A stretch of DNA of 61,361 nucleotides from Terriglobales bacterium (GTDB lineage Bacteria > Acidobacteriota > Terriglobia > Terriglobales > Acidobacteriaceae). Location of the stretch: positions 1 through 61,361 of the forward strand of contig DASQPN010000119.1 in the NCBI GenBank assembly GCA_035643915.1, written 5' to 3'. The translations under genes and the position numbers were made by a program. Within the stretch, counting starts at the first letter, position 1; each line of letters begins with the position of its first letter. The notes beneath the pieces are model-generated. The model searched no databases. It had not been told where the DNA came from and saw only the letters and a list, made by a program, of their open reading frames with translations. Below are positions 38,259 through 47,537 of this stretch, one piece after another.

Positions 38259-39401
38259 TCAATCCGCGGCAATCGCCCCCTCCGTCAGGCCGTTCTTCAA
38301 GTCCGCCGCCAACAAACGATGGAACAATTGCTCGCCTGCCTCACGACGTACGGAGAGGCGCCCAGCGCCGTAGGCTCGCGACTTGAGTCCGCGTTGAACG
38401 TCCTCACAGATACCCAGGTCTTCGCCTTGGACTCGATCACCAACCGCGATGCTCTGCGCGTTGTGTTCCCTACGGAAATCGCTGACGTCGCTGAAGTAGA
38501 AGTCGAAAATTACTCGGCAATGGTCGACGTCCAGCGGCAGCACCAGGTTGGTGTCCATGTAACCCGCGTAACAGTTGATCATGAAGTTGGGATATTGCCA
38601 GAAGTACCAAGCGCGATCGCCTTTGCGAGTAGCGCCGGTAGCAGCGTCTTCATCGGAGGCCACCATCGGGCTCGACTGCAGGCAGTACCGGTCTTCGTTT
38701 TCGACGGTGTATTGCTTGTAATCGAGAACGCTGCTGAGGGCCTTGTGCAGGTGCGGAACGTGGTAGCCACCATCAAGATAATTGTCGACGAAGACCTTCC
38801 AGTTGCATGCAATGTCGTAGACCTTGCGGTCAAAGAAGTGCAGCTTGCCAAGGCCGAGCGGCTGGCAGCGCTTCACCAATCCACCCAGGAAACTGCTCAG
38901 TGGTTCGGCCTCTGGATCGAGGTTGACGAAGACAAACGCTTCCCAGGTTTCCACCTTTACCGGAAGCAATCCGTTTTCCTGGCGGTCAAAGTTCTCCACG
39001 CCCTCGAACTCCGGCATTCCCTTCAAAGAGCCGTCCAGACCGTAATTCCACCCGTGATATGGACAATGGAGGATCGAGGCACGGCCGCATGGTTCCGTGA
39101 CCACTTTGGCAGCGTGGTGACGACATACATTGTAGAAGGCCCGCAACTGCCCGTCTGTTCCACGCACCGCCACGACCGGTTCGCCCGCCAGCGTGGCGGT
39201 GACGAACTGACCCGGTTTTTCCACCTGGTCTGCGCGGCCGATCGCTTGCCAGGTCTTGCTGAAGACGATCAGGTTTTCCAGTTCTGCGATCCGCGGATCG
39301 ACGTACCAAGGCGCGGGAATCGTGGACGCTTCTGACAACGGCGCCCTATCGTTGTAGCTTGCCAGAATCTCTTCGACCGAGGTCCGCCTGATCATTCGCA
39401 T
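38259..39401 (-). CDS. Rieske [2Fe-2S] non-heme-iron oxygenase alpha subunit, choline-monooxygenase-like subgroup
   Basis: Start chosen at ATG 39401, 40 nt after the TetR stop. Rieske motif CRHHAAKVV...CPYHGWNYGLDG. The overall pattern (WYVDP..., LLPVKVETWEAFVFVNL) resembles CMO-type RHOs from memory. Confidence 0.75.
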   Translation of the reverse strand: MRMIRRTSVEEILASYNDRAPLSEASTIPAPWYVDPRIAELENLIVFSKTWQAIGRADQVEKPGQFVTATLAGEPVVAVRGTDGQLRAFYNVCRHHAAKVVTEPCGRASILHCPYHGWNYGLDGSLKGMPEFEGVENFDRQENGLLPVKVETWEAFVFVNLDPEAEPLSSFLGGLVKRCQPLGLGKLHFFDRKVYDIACNWKVFVDNYLDGGYHVPHLHKALSSVLDYKQYTVENEDRYCLQSSPMVASDEDAATGATRKGDRAWYFWQYPNFMINCYAGYMDTNLVLPLDVDHCRVIFDFYFSDVSDFRREHNAQSIAVGDRVQGEDLGICEDVQRGLKSRAYGAGRLSVRREAGEQLFHRLLAADLKNGLTEGAIAAD

Positions 39402-39441
39402 GGCCCCCTGATACCGGTGTCGTGCAAGGTGCTGGCCTTCG

Positions 39442-40122
39442 TCAGGCTCCAATCGCCCGTTCGAGGATATCGAGGAACTGATTGATGCGCGCTTCTTTTC
39501 GCTCTCCAATCTCACCCTGACGGCGGAAAAGGCCGGGATCGAGTTCCTCGGTGAGCAGCGCGTCCTGAAAACGCTCCATCATCCAGTCGAGAATCGAGAC
39601 GATCATCTCCAGGTCGAGGTCCTGGTGCAGTTCCGCACGCTGCACGCCGAATCGGACGAAGGCAACCGTGCCATAGGGGTCTTCCGCCATGAGGAAACGG
39701 TTGATCTCGCGCTTAAGGGTCAGATCGGTTCCATAGTTCCCGAGCAAGGAAACACGATACGGGATCCAGTCCTCATGCAGCATGTGCTCGGTACGCACGA
39801 GCCAATAGCGCAGGACTTCAAAAAATCCCCGCTCCTGCACTTCCTGAGGGGCATCCAGATAGGCCGGGAACGCTCTCACGGCTTTCTTGTAGACCTCAAA
39901 GAACAGGCCATCTTTGCTACCGAAGTGCTGGAAGACGGAACCCTTGGCGATGCCGAGTTGTGCGGCGATGTCTCCCACGCGGGCGGCGTGATAGCCCTGC
40001 TCCGCGAAGTGCCGCATGGCAGCGTCAATGATCCGAGCACGCTTGGCCTCGGAACGCGGACGCGGGGGAACGTGGTTCCGATATCGGGGTGGACTTGCCA
40101 GACTGGAAGAAATGCCGCTCAT
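39442..40122 (-). CDS. TetR-family transcriptional regulator
   Basis: HTH RIIDAAMRHFAEQGYHAARVGDIAAQLGIAKGSVFQHFGSKDGLF. Confidence 0.85.
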   Translation of the reverse strand: MSGISSSLASPPRYRNHVPPRPRSEAKRARIIDAAMRHFAEQGYHAARVGDIAAQLGIAKGSVFQHFGSKDGLFFEVYKKAVRAFPAYLDAPQEVQERGFFEVLRYWLVRTEHMLHEDWIPYRVSLLGNYGTDLTLKREINRFLMAEDPYGTVAFVRFGVQRAELHQDLDLEMIVSILDWMMERFQDALLTEELDPGLFRRQGEIGERKEARINQFLDILERAIGA

Positions 40123-40255
40123 GATATTGACCTCAAGTCAGGAAACAATACAGAAAAATAGTTGCTTTTTCAATTTCATTTTTTCAGTCGTCTGCGTTAA
40201 TGTATGGATCCCTACGAGGGCATATTTTTGACCATGAGTCATTAACCGATTACCG

Positions 40256-41875
40256 ATGCCGGGCACGACTTACGACGCGATCGTGGTGGGTGGCGGACAT
40301 AACGGACTTACGGCCGGTGCGTATCTGGCGCGCGCGGGACTGAGCACGCTGGTGCTCGAACGCCGGGACATCGTGGGCGGCTGTTGCGTAACCGAGGAAA
40401 TTGCGCCCAGGTGTCGCGCCTCTACCACTTCATACATTGCCAGCATGCTTCGTCCAGAGGTCATCCGTGATCTGAGGTTGGCGGAGCACGGGTTGCGCAT
40501 GGTGCCGTGTGATCCTGCGATCCAGGTCGCATTTCCCGACGGTCGGGTTGTTCCCTGGTGGGCGGATCGTGAGCGCGCAAGGATGGAGTTTCGCCGGCAC
40601 TCGCTGAAGGACGCGGAAACATTTATACGAGTCGATGATCGGCTCAAGACGCTGGCCCGCTACTTGCAGCCGTTTTTTCTTGAGCCACCTCCCGAGATCG
40701 ATGCCAAGAGCGTGGCGGGATGGAGTGACCTGTTTCGTGTTGGGAAGAGGTTTCGTAATATTTCCAGCGGGGAAATTGCTCAGTTGGTGTCCTTCCTGAC
40801 AGGGAGCCTGGGCGAGTTTCTGGATCGTAACTACGAGTCGGACACGATCAAGACGATGTTTCTCGCCAACAACGTTTACGGCAAACACGGGGGACCTTAC
40901 CAGCCGGGCACGGCGATCGGGTTGCTGTTTCATTTGCTGAGCGGTGGAGAGCAAGGACTGCAAGGCTTCTACGGGCACGTGATGGGTGGCATGGGAGCGA
41001 TCACGCAGGCCCTGGCGGCTGCAGGCCAAAAGCTCGGAGTTGAGATTCGGACTTCGGCCTCGGTGGGCCGGATCGACATACGCAACGGACGGGTACGCGG
41101 AGTCGTGCTGGAAGACGGCACCGAGATCCGGGGGCGGATGGTCCTGTCGAATGCCGACCCCAAGCGGACCTTTCTGAAAATGCTTCCGGAGAGCGAGCTG
41201 CCCTCCGAGTTTGTACACGCGGTGCGCGGAATCAAGATGGCGGGCCCCTGCGCCAAGGTGAACCTGGCGCTTTCCGAGGAGCCGCGTTTCACAGGTACTC
41301 CAGTGAGTCACACGCCGCTCGAGCGAACCTTCTACACGCTCGTTCCTTCCCTCGAATTTGCCGAGCGGTGCTATGACATCTCCAAGTTCGGCGAGATTCC
41401 CGAGGACCTCTGGGTGGATTGTGTGATCGCCTCGAACGCCGACGACTCCTTGGCGCCCGCAGGCACCCATATCATGACCTGCTTTGTGCAATACGTTCCT
41501 TACCGTTTAAGTCAGGGCACATGGGACGAGAATCGGGAAATGCTGGGGGATCGCGTCATCCAAAAGATTGCGGAGCATGCGCCCAATGTTCCCGGCTCGA
41601 TCATCGCTCACCAGGTGTTGACGCCCTTGGACCTGGAGCGGACCTATGGCCTCACGGAGGGCAATATCTTCCACGGGGATCTGACGCTCGAACAATTATT
41701 CTTTATGCGGCCCGTGGCGGGATGGTCTCAATATCGCACTCCGATTGACGGTCTCTATCTCTGTGGAGCGGGCGCCCATCCCGGGGGTGGAGTGACGGGT
41801 GCTCCGGGACACAATGCGGCTCAGCAGGCGCTGCGCGACTGGAAGAAGGGTCGCTTCAAGAAGGCTGCCGCATGA
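40256..41875 (+). CDS. Phytoene-desaturase-family (CrtI-like) NAD(P)/FAD-dependent oxidoreductase
   Basis: Rossmann YDAIVVGGGHNGLTAGAYLARAG. C-terminal LYLCGAGAHPGGGVTGAPG, typical of the family. Confidence 0.8.
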   Translation: MPGTTYDAIVVGGGHNGLTAGAYLARAGLSTLVLERRDIVGGCCVTEEIAPRCRASTTSYIASMLRPEVIRDLRLAEHGLRMVPCDPAIQVAFPDGRVVPWWADRERARMEFRRHSLKDAETFIRVDDRLKTLARYLQPFFLEPPPEIDAKSVAGWSDLFRVGKRFRNISSGEIAQLVSFLTGSLGEFLDRNYESDTIKTMFLANNVYGKHGGPYQPGTAIGLLFHLLSGGEQGLQGFYGHVMGGMGAITQALAAAGQKLGVEIRTSASVGRIDIRNGRVRGVVLEDGTEIRGRMVLSNADPKRTFLKMLPESELPSEFVHAVRGIKMAGPCAKVNLALSEEPRFTGTPVSHTPLERTFYTLVPSLEFAERCYDISKFGEIPEDLWVDCVIASNADDSLAPAGTHIMTCFVQYVPYRLSQGTWDENREMLGDRVIQKIAEHAPNVPGSIIAHQVLTPLDLERTYGLTEGNIFHGDLTLEQLFFMRPVAGWSQYRTPIDGLYLCGAGAHPGGGVTGAPGHNAAQQALRDWKKGRFKKAAA

Positions 41876-43050
41876 GCACGAACGGGACCAGAACCGCCGA
41901 CTTTGTCATTCTGGGTGCTGGGGTCATGGGCGCCTCCATTGCTTTCCACCTGGCCCAGCGAAGGGCGGGACGTGTTCTGGTCATCGACAAGGATCATGTT
42001 GGGCGCGGTGGGAGCGGCCGTTCTTCCGCTCTCATCCGCATGCACTACAGTTTTCCGGCTGAAGTACAGTTGGCGCTGGTGAGTCTGCGAATGTTCGAGC
42101 GCTGGGGAGAACTGGTCGGAGAAGCAACGCTTTTCCAGAAAACCGGTTTCGTCCGCATCGTGCACCCCCACGAGATGGAACGCCTCAAGCGCAATGTGGA
42201 CATGCAGCAAAAGCTGGGCGTAAACGTGAGTCTCGTCTCCCGGCAGGATCTTCGGAAGCTTGAGCCCGACTGGGTCGTGGACGAGGTCGAACTGGCGGCC
42301 TATGAACCGGACTCAGGCTATGGGGATGGCGCCGGCGTCGCAAGCGATTTTCTGGCCCGGGCTCGTGATCTGGGCGCGGGTTATTTGCCTCGAACCCAAG
42401 CAACCGCTTTTCAAGTGGAGGGCGGACAGGTTGGCGGTGTAGCGACGGACCAGGGCAACATCGACGCTCCTGTGGTGATCGCCGCCACCGGCCCGTGGAC
42501 ACGTCCACTGCTCCAGAAGATCGGCTACGATCTGCCGGTCGAAAGCGAGTACCACCAGGTTGCGATTCTCAAGAATGCGCCTGACATGGAGGGTGGCGGC
42601 TGCGCCTGCATTGATTCTGGAACGCAAACCTACTTCCGGCCAGACGCGCACGATAAATTCCTGGTGGGCGACTTCTACGGGAAACGGCCGGTCGATCCCA
42701 ACGATTTTCCGCAGCGCGCCTCGGACGAGTCACTCGAAGACGTGATTGAGCGTGCTTGCCGGCGTGTGCCGAAGCTGGAGAACGCGGAGGTCCTGCGCGG
42801 AGTCACCGGCGTGTACGACATGACTCCTGACTCCCGACCGCTGCTCGGTGAGATTCCCGGCGTCGCCGGGCTTCATGTGTGCGCAGGCTTTTCGGGCATG
42901 GGCTTCAAGATCTCCCCGGCGATTGGTCTGGTGATGTCCGAGTTGATCCTGGATGGCGTTGCAAAGACAGTGGACATCAGCGCGTTTCGACCCAGCCGGT
43001 TCGTCGAAGGCAAGCCGATCAAAGCGGAATTCGAGTACGTGGATGACTAG
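41872..43050 (+). CDS. FAD-dependent oxidoreductase (DAO family; sarcosine/dimethylglycine oxidase beta-like)
   Basis: ATGA overlap with the upstream gene. ADFVILGAGVMGASIAFHLAQRR...GGSGRSSALIRMHY...GFSGMGFKISPAIG. Confidence 0.8.
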   Translation: MSTNGTRTADFVILGAGVMGASIAFHLAQRRAGRVLVIDKDHVGRGGSGRSSALIRMHYSFPAEVQLALVSLRMFERWGELVGEATLFQKTGFVRIVHPHEMERLKRNVDMQQKLGVNVSLVSRQDLRKLEPDWVVDEVELAAYEPDSGYGDGAGVASDFLARARDLGAGYLPRTQATAFQVEGGQVGGVATDQGNIDAPVVIAATGPWTRPLLQKIGYDLPVESEYHQVAILKNAPDMEGGGCACIDSGTQTYFRPDAHDKFLVGDFYGKRPVDPNDFPQRASDESLEDVIERACRRVPKLENAEVLRGVTGVYDMTPDSRPLLGEIPGVAGLHVCAGFSGMGFKISPAIGLVMSELILDGVAKTVDISAFRPSRFVEGKPIKAEFEYVDD

Positions 43051-43068
43051 CGGTGTAAGGAGCAGGCA

Positions 43069-44064
43069 ATGAAAAAGAAAGGCATTCTCGAGCGTCTGCA
43101 GGAAGGGCCGGTTCTCGGCGATGGCGGGTACCTGTTGGAATTGGAAAAGCGTGGCTGGGTGCGTCCGGGGCCGTTTACACCGGAGGTGGCAATCGTCTAT
43201 CCGGAAGCGCTTCGCGAATTGCACGTCGAGTTTCGGGAAGCCGGGGCTGAGGTTCTGCAGGCGCTGACCTTCTATGCCAGCCGCGACAAGCTAGCCACCG
43301 TCGGTCTCGAAGACCGCGTGGAGGATATCAATCGCTCCGCCGTGCGCATTGCGAAGGAAGTCGCGGGCGATGAGTGCCTGGTCGCAGGCAATCTGAGCCT
43401 TACCTGGATGTATGAACCGAACAGTCCTTCCGCCGCGGACCGCGTGCGCCAGACTTTCGATGAACAATTGCGTATTCAGGTCCAAGAAGGGGTCGACTTC
43501 ATCGTGGGCGAGACCTTTTCCTGGCTGGGTGAAGCACTGCTTGCCGTCGAACGTGCGAAGAAAACAGGTCTGCCCGTGATGGTGACGATCTGCTTCGAGA
43601 ACAAGGACGCAACCATGGAAGGCACCAGCGCCGCAGACGCCGCCAAAGCTTTGCTCGATCGAGGTGCCGACATCGTCGGCATGAACTGTCTCCGTCCCCC
43701 GGAACACATGATCGGACCGATGGAACAGATGCGCAAAGCCGTTTCCGGCTACCTGGCCTGTCAGCCGGTCGGCTATCGAACTCCAAAGGATAAGCCGGAT
43801 TTCACGAGCTTGCCAGAGTTCCCGTACGCGCTGGACCCGCTGCAGCTTACCCGTAAGGAAATGGGAGACTACGCGGTACGCGCGCGCGAGATCGGAATTA
43901 ACTACATTGGCTCCTGCTGCGGTTCGGTCGCGTCCCACGTTCGCGAGATGGCCAAGGCGCTCGGCAAGTTGCGCCCGGACAACCGTATCTGGAAGAAGGG
44001 TGGGGCCAAACCGATGTCCGCTTTCGAATACTACGACCACGATAAGCAGGCCGTGCAGAAGTGA
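43069..44064 (+). CDS. Homocysteine S-methyltransferase, betaine-homocysteine methyltransferase (BHMT)-like
   Basis: GILERLQEGPVLGDGGYLLELEKRG. Zinc-ligand Cys motifs GMNC and IGSCCG. Confidence 0.8.
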   Translation: MKKKGILERLQEGPVLGDGGYLLELEKRGWVRPGPFTPEVAIVYPEALRELHVEFREAGAEVLQALTFYASRDKLATVGLEDRVEDINRSAVRIAKEVAGDECLVAGNLSLTWMYEPNSPSAADRVRQTFDEQLRIQVQEGVDFIVGETFSWLGEALLAVERAKKTGLPVMVTICFENKDATMEGTSAADAAKALLDRGADIVGMNCLRPPEHMIGPMEQMRKAVSGYLACQPVGYRTPKDKPDFTSLPEFPYALDPLQLTRKEMGDYAVRAREIGINYIGSCCGSVASHVREMAKALGKLRPDNRIWKKGGAKPMSAFEYYDHDKQAVQK

Positions 44065-44232
44065 GGCCGGCTGCGAGCGGCAGTCGTCAAGACAGCGGGC
44101 CCGTTCTGTGGGAACGGACCCGCTGCCCGCAAGCCGTCGTCCGACTCATAAGCCAACAGGATTCCGACGGAGTCTAGGGCGTTAGTCGTGACCTGGTCGG
44201 CGCCTCGGGATGAGGCTTCGCGCCAGCCCTCG

Positions 44233-44850
44233 CTAAGCGGCCTTTCCTGGTTCTTGCGCGATCACCAAAGGTACGTTTACCAGATGTTCACTGAGAAACC
44301 ATACCTGCATTTCGTTGGTGCGCAGCACGTCGCTCACAACCAGATCGTTGGTGCCGTCATCCCCGATGGTCGAGGCGCGGCGAGCCAGTTTGCGAGCTTG
44401 ACGAATGATCACCTGGTGCCCATCCAGCAGACGCGAAATCTGCACAGGGACTTCCTCCCTTCCGCGCGGGGGGCGCTCGATCTGTGTGGTCTCGGCAACA
44501 TCCGCTGCCATGGCCAGGCTGACCCCGCCCAGAATCTGAATTCGCTCGGCGATCGTGTCCACCAGTTCGTTCTGTTCGCCAAAGTGCTTATCAAATAGAA
44601 GGTGCAACTGATAAAAGGTCGGGCCGGCGACTTGCCAGTGTGACTTCTTGTACAGGTCGCGAAGGGTGATGGTGTCGGCTAACAGCTGGTTGAGCTGCTC
44701 GGTCATTTCGAGGCGCACCGGTTCTTCCAACTCGAGCGGCAGCAGGTATGAGACCGTGCCATAAGCCTGGATCTCGCCAGCTCTTTGGTGAAGTCGAGGT
44801 TGTGCACTCACTTTGCCGTGGTTTCCGGGAGCTGCGTCCTTCTTTGCCAT
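44233..44850 (-). CDS. dps: Dps-family DNA-protection/ferritin-like protein
   Basis: LNQLLADTITLRDLYKKSHWQVAGPTFYQLHLLFDKHFGEQNELVDTIAERIQILGG. Confidence 0.85.
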   Translation of the reverse strand: MAKKDAAPGNHGKVSAQPRLHQRAGEIQAYGTVSYLLPLELEEPVRLEMTEQLNQLLADTITLRDLYKKSHWQVAGPTFYQLHLLFDKHFGEQNELVDTIAERIQILGGVSLAMAADVAETTQIERPPRGREEVPVQISRLLDGHQVIIRQARKLARRASTIGDDGTNDLVVSDVLRTNEMQVWFLSEHLVNVPLVIAQEPGKAA

Positions 44851-45041
44851 TGGGATATTCCTCGCGGTGTTGTAGGGATGGGCTGGGGACAGCCAGTCAC
44901 TCGGGAATTGGATGATGGGTTGTGCGGCTTCGATTCGAGGACTTGCATCGTGAGTATTGGACGTTCCGGCTAACCTCCATTCAACAGCGACTTGGCGACC
45001 ATATCTGCTGAGTTAGGTGAACTCAAGCGGGTCCTGCGGGC

Positions 45042-45523
45042 TCACGTTGCATCGAGCGCCAGGTTCCACTCGAGAACATTCACGCTGGGCTCACCCAGGA
45101 AACCGAGTTGGCGCGACTTTGTGTGCTCCTCGACCAGACGCCGCACCTGATCCTGAGGCAAGCCGCGCTACCCACAGAACGTCCTGCATGTTCCATCTCC
45201 TGACAGAAACTCGCGATCGGTCGCTACCATTACCGATGGGCGATGTGACGGCGTTTTCCATGTTTGGCGACCACTCCGCAAAAAGGACACTGTGGGTCGG
45301 AGCATGGCAGCCAGCGCTGCGGCCAACGGGCGGGTTGTCCAAAACGCCCCCCAGACTCGTTTCGGCTTGGGGAAAACATGAATCCGGGTGGATCGACGAT
45401 TTCTCCGAGAGCAGCGTGCCGCGGCCTATACGAATGGCGGTCGGAGCAGAGCTTCCACAGGAAGCCCGTATAGCACAGAATGGCAGCGCCCGCCAAGGCG
45501 GTGAGCATCCATTGGGCTGTCAT
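45042..45523 (-). pseudogene. kdpC: Relic of kdpC (K+-transporting ATPase subunit C) with several frameshifts and in-frame stops
   Basis: SD plus ATG 45523 gives a TM start MTAQWMLTALAGAAILCYTG. A second frame gives VLYGLPVEALLRPPFV*AAARCS (compare YPL..T...Q..FP.QA.GS). Another gives AVTSPIGNGSD.... The last 41 codons (45045..45167) read [41 protein letters not shown], which is the KdpC C-terminal signature. Confidence 0.65.
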
Positions 45524-45649
45524 GTTTCCTCGCCTCCCTCTGAATCGTGCGAACCAACAGCACGTTCAGTAGAACGGCGACCCCGTAAGCCTGGGGTAAG
45601 GCTTTCCCAAAAATTTCATAAAGATAGTAAGTATTGGCGGGGGTCAGGG

Positions 45650-46348
45650 TTATGGACTGCCGGGCTCAAAGCGGTAACCGACCCAGGGCTCGGTGACAAT
45701 GTAGCGCGGTGCGGCGGCGTCGGGTTCGAGCTTCTTACGAAGCTGCCCGACAAAGACGCGCAGGTACTCCACTTGCTCGGTGCTCTGTCCGCCCCAGATC
45801 GCACCCAGCAGGGCCCGGTGGGGAATAACTTTGCCGGCGTGCCGTGCAAGGTAGACCAGGAGATCAAATTCCTTTGGCGTGAGATGAACTACTTTTCCTC
45901 GAACCATTGCCCTGTGCGCTGCTAGGTCGATGTGAAAATCTCCCACCTCGATCTTGGACGGTTCGGGATCGCCAGCCGGGGGCGCTCGCCGCAGCGCCAC
46001 GCGAACCCGCGCTAACAACTCCTCCATACCGAAGGGCTTCGTCACGTAGTCGTCGGCGCCCGCGTCGAGCGCCTGCACCTTGGTTCGTTCTTCCCCACGA
46101 ACCGAGAGCACAACAATCGGGACCTTGGTCGTAGTTCTTAGTCTTCGGGTGAGTTCGAGCCCGTCCATGTTGGGCATCGAGAGATCTGTGATCACCAGAT
46201 CCGGGGTCCAGTCTTTCATGATCTCCAGCGCGGTTTCGCCGTCGTTGGCAACGCGAACATCGTAGGCATGACTGGAAAGGCTGGTGCGCAGCACTCGCGT
46301 GATCTGGGGCTCGTCATCGACAACCAGAATTCTGCGATGCTCAGTCAT
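45650..46348 (-). CDS. kdpE: OmpR-family response regulator, KdpE-like
   Basis: ILVVDDEPQITRVL...DLVITDLSMPNMDGLEL; winged helix LTPKEFDLLVYLARHAGKV...EPWVGYRF. It lies 10 nt downstream of the KdpD N-terminal-domain gene. Confidence 0.8.
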   Translation of the reverse strand: MTEHRRILVVDDEPQITRVLRTSLSSHAYDVRVANDGETALEIMKDWTPDLVITDLSMPNMDGLELTRRLRTTTKVPIVVLSVRGEERTKVQALDAGADDYVTKPFGMEELLARVRVALRRAPPAGDPEPSKIEVGDFHIDLAAHRAMVRGKVVHLTPKEFDLLVYLARHAGKVIPHRALLGAIWGGQSTEQVEYLRVFVGQLRKKLEPDAAAPRYIVTEPWVGYRFEPGSP

Positions 46349-46357
46349 GATGGAGGG

Positions 46358-47479
46358 CTAGGCGGGTTCCTGTGTGACGATGTGCACGTCCACTGCGGGG
46401 GCGTCCCGGAGGAAACGGTGGACGGCGGAGAAGTACAAATAGCGTCTCCACCCTCGGGTCGCGGATCGTCCAAATACAACCTGGGTGAGATGCTTTTCAT
46501 GCACCACCTCGGCCACGGCGGCTGCCACCGTGGTCCCTTTTACGCGCACCACGGTGGCCCCGACATTTTCCGCAAATTGGACGTTGGCCTGCAGAGTCTT
46601 CTGATTCCGCTGGCTGTCATCCTGTCCCAGGTCGACGTACACGACGTATAGCTCGCCATCCAGAGCCTGCGCCATGCGGGCACCCCGTGCGATGAGGTGC
46701 TGAGCTGCCGGATTCGAACTGATGCAGACGGCGATCCGCTCCCGGACGCCGAAATTCCTTCGGGTCTCCTGTTTGTCGAGATAGGTCTCCAGGCTACGGT
46801 CCACGGCGTGGGCGACCTGACGCAGCGCCAGCTCGCGCAGCGCGATCAGGTTTCCCGGGCGGAAGAAATTGCCCAAGGCGCGCTCTACCCGCTCGAGCGG
46901 GTAGACGTCCCCGCGCCGCATTCGGTTCTGCAGCGCCTCGGGCGTGAGATCCGCCATGACCACTTCGTCTACACGCTTCAGAACCCAGTCTGGAACGGTC
47001 TCCCGCACCTGGATCCCGGTGATGCCTTGGACGGTGGGTGTCACGCTCTCCAGATGCTGGATGTTCATGGTGGAGAGAACATCGATACCCGCGTCGAGCA
47101 GTTCGTACACGTCTTCGTAGCGCTTCCGGTGTTTGCTGCCTTCGATATTGGTGTGCGCCAACTCATCCACGATCGCGACCTGGGGCTTGCGAGCCAGAAT
47201 CGCATCCACATCCATCTCCTCAAAGAGCGCACCCTTGTAATCGACCCGCCGGCGCGGAACCGGCTCCAACTGAGTTGCCAGCTCTGCGGTCGCTTTGCGG
47301 CCGTGAGTCTCAACCACACCAAGCACAACGTCTTCCCCGCGACTGTGGCGCCGGATGGCCTCGCTCAGCATGCTGTAGGTCTTGCCCACACCCGGCGCGT
47401 AGCCGAGGAACAGCTTGAAAACGCCGCCCTTCTTGACAGGGGCGGCTTCTTCCAGCCACTGTTCCGGAGTCTTGGTCAT
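46358..47479 (-). CDS. kdpD: KdpD N-terminal sensor module only (KdpD domain plus Usp domain; no TM or kinase part)
   Basis: Start chosen at ATG 47479. FKLFLGYAPGVGKTYSML, VVETHGR, VDELAHTN, then Usp-like RIAVCISSNPAAQHLIARGARMA...LYVVYV...VVFGRS. Ends without DUF4118 or HisKA. Confidence 0.8.
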   Translation of the reverse strand: MTKTPEQWLEEAAPVKKGGVFKLFLGYAPGVGKTYSMLSEAIRRHSRGEDVVLGVVETHGRKATAELATQLEPVPRRRVDYKGALFEEMDVDAILARKPQVAIVDELAHTNIEGSKHRKRYEDVYELLDAGIDVLSTMNIQHLESVTPTVQGITGIQVRETVPDWVLKRVDEVVMADLTPEALQNRMRRGDVYPLERVERALGNFFRPGNLIALRELALRQVAHAVDRSLETYLDKQETRRNFGVRERIAVCISSNPAAQHLIARGARMAQALDGELYVVYVDLGQDDSQRNQKTLQANVQFAENVGATVVRVKGTTVAAAVAEVVHEKHLTQVVFGRSATRGWRRYLYFSAVHRFLRDAPAVDVHIVTQEPA

Positions 47480-47537
47480 TGCCAAGTATTGTGCGTTAGC
47501 TGCCTGAAATTGTCGAACGTCAGCTACAATCGCCGTC

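Noticed and set aside
37215-39335. 706-aa ORF on the plus strand, the longest in this region
   Set aside because: It runs antisense to two well-supported enzymes: the amidohydrolase with HxH and HAHA motifs, and the Rieske oxygenase with CxH...CxxH. Its composition is the R/G/V/A-rich pattern typical of the reverse frame of high-GC genes, and it has no recognisable motif.
45524-45649. Possible kdpB 3' remnant between kdpE and the kdpC relic
   Set aside because: Translation in all three minus-strand frames gave nothing I could match to the KdpB C-terminus.
45017-45925. 302-aa plus-strand ORF
   Set aside because: It spans the antisense of the kdpC relic and of the kdpE 3' end. No SD and no motifs.
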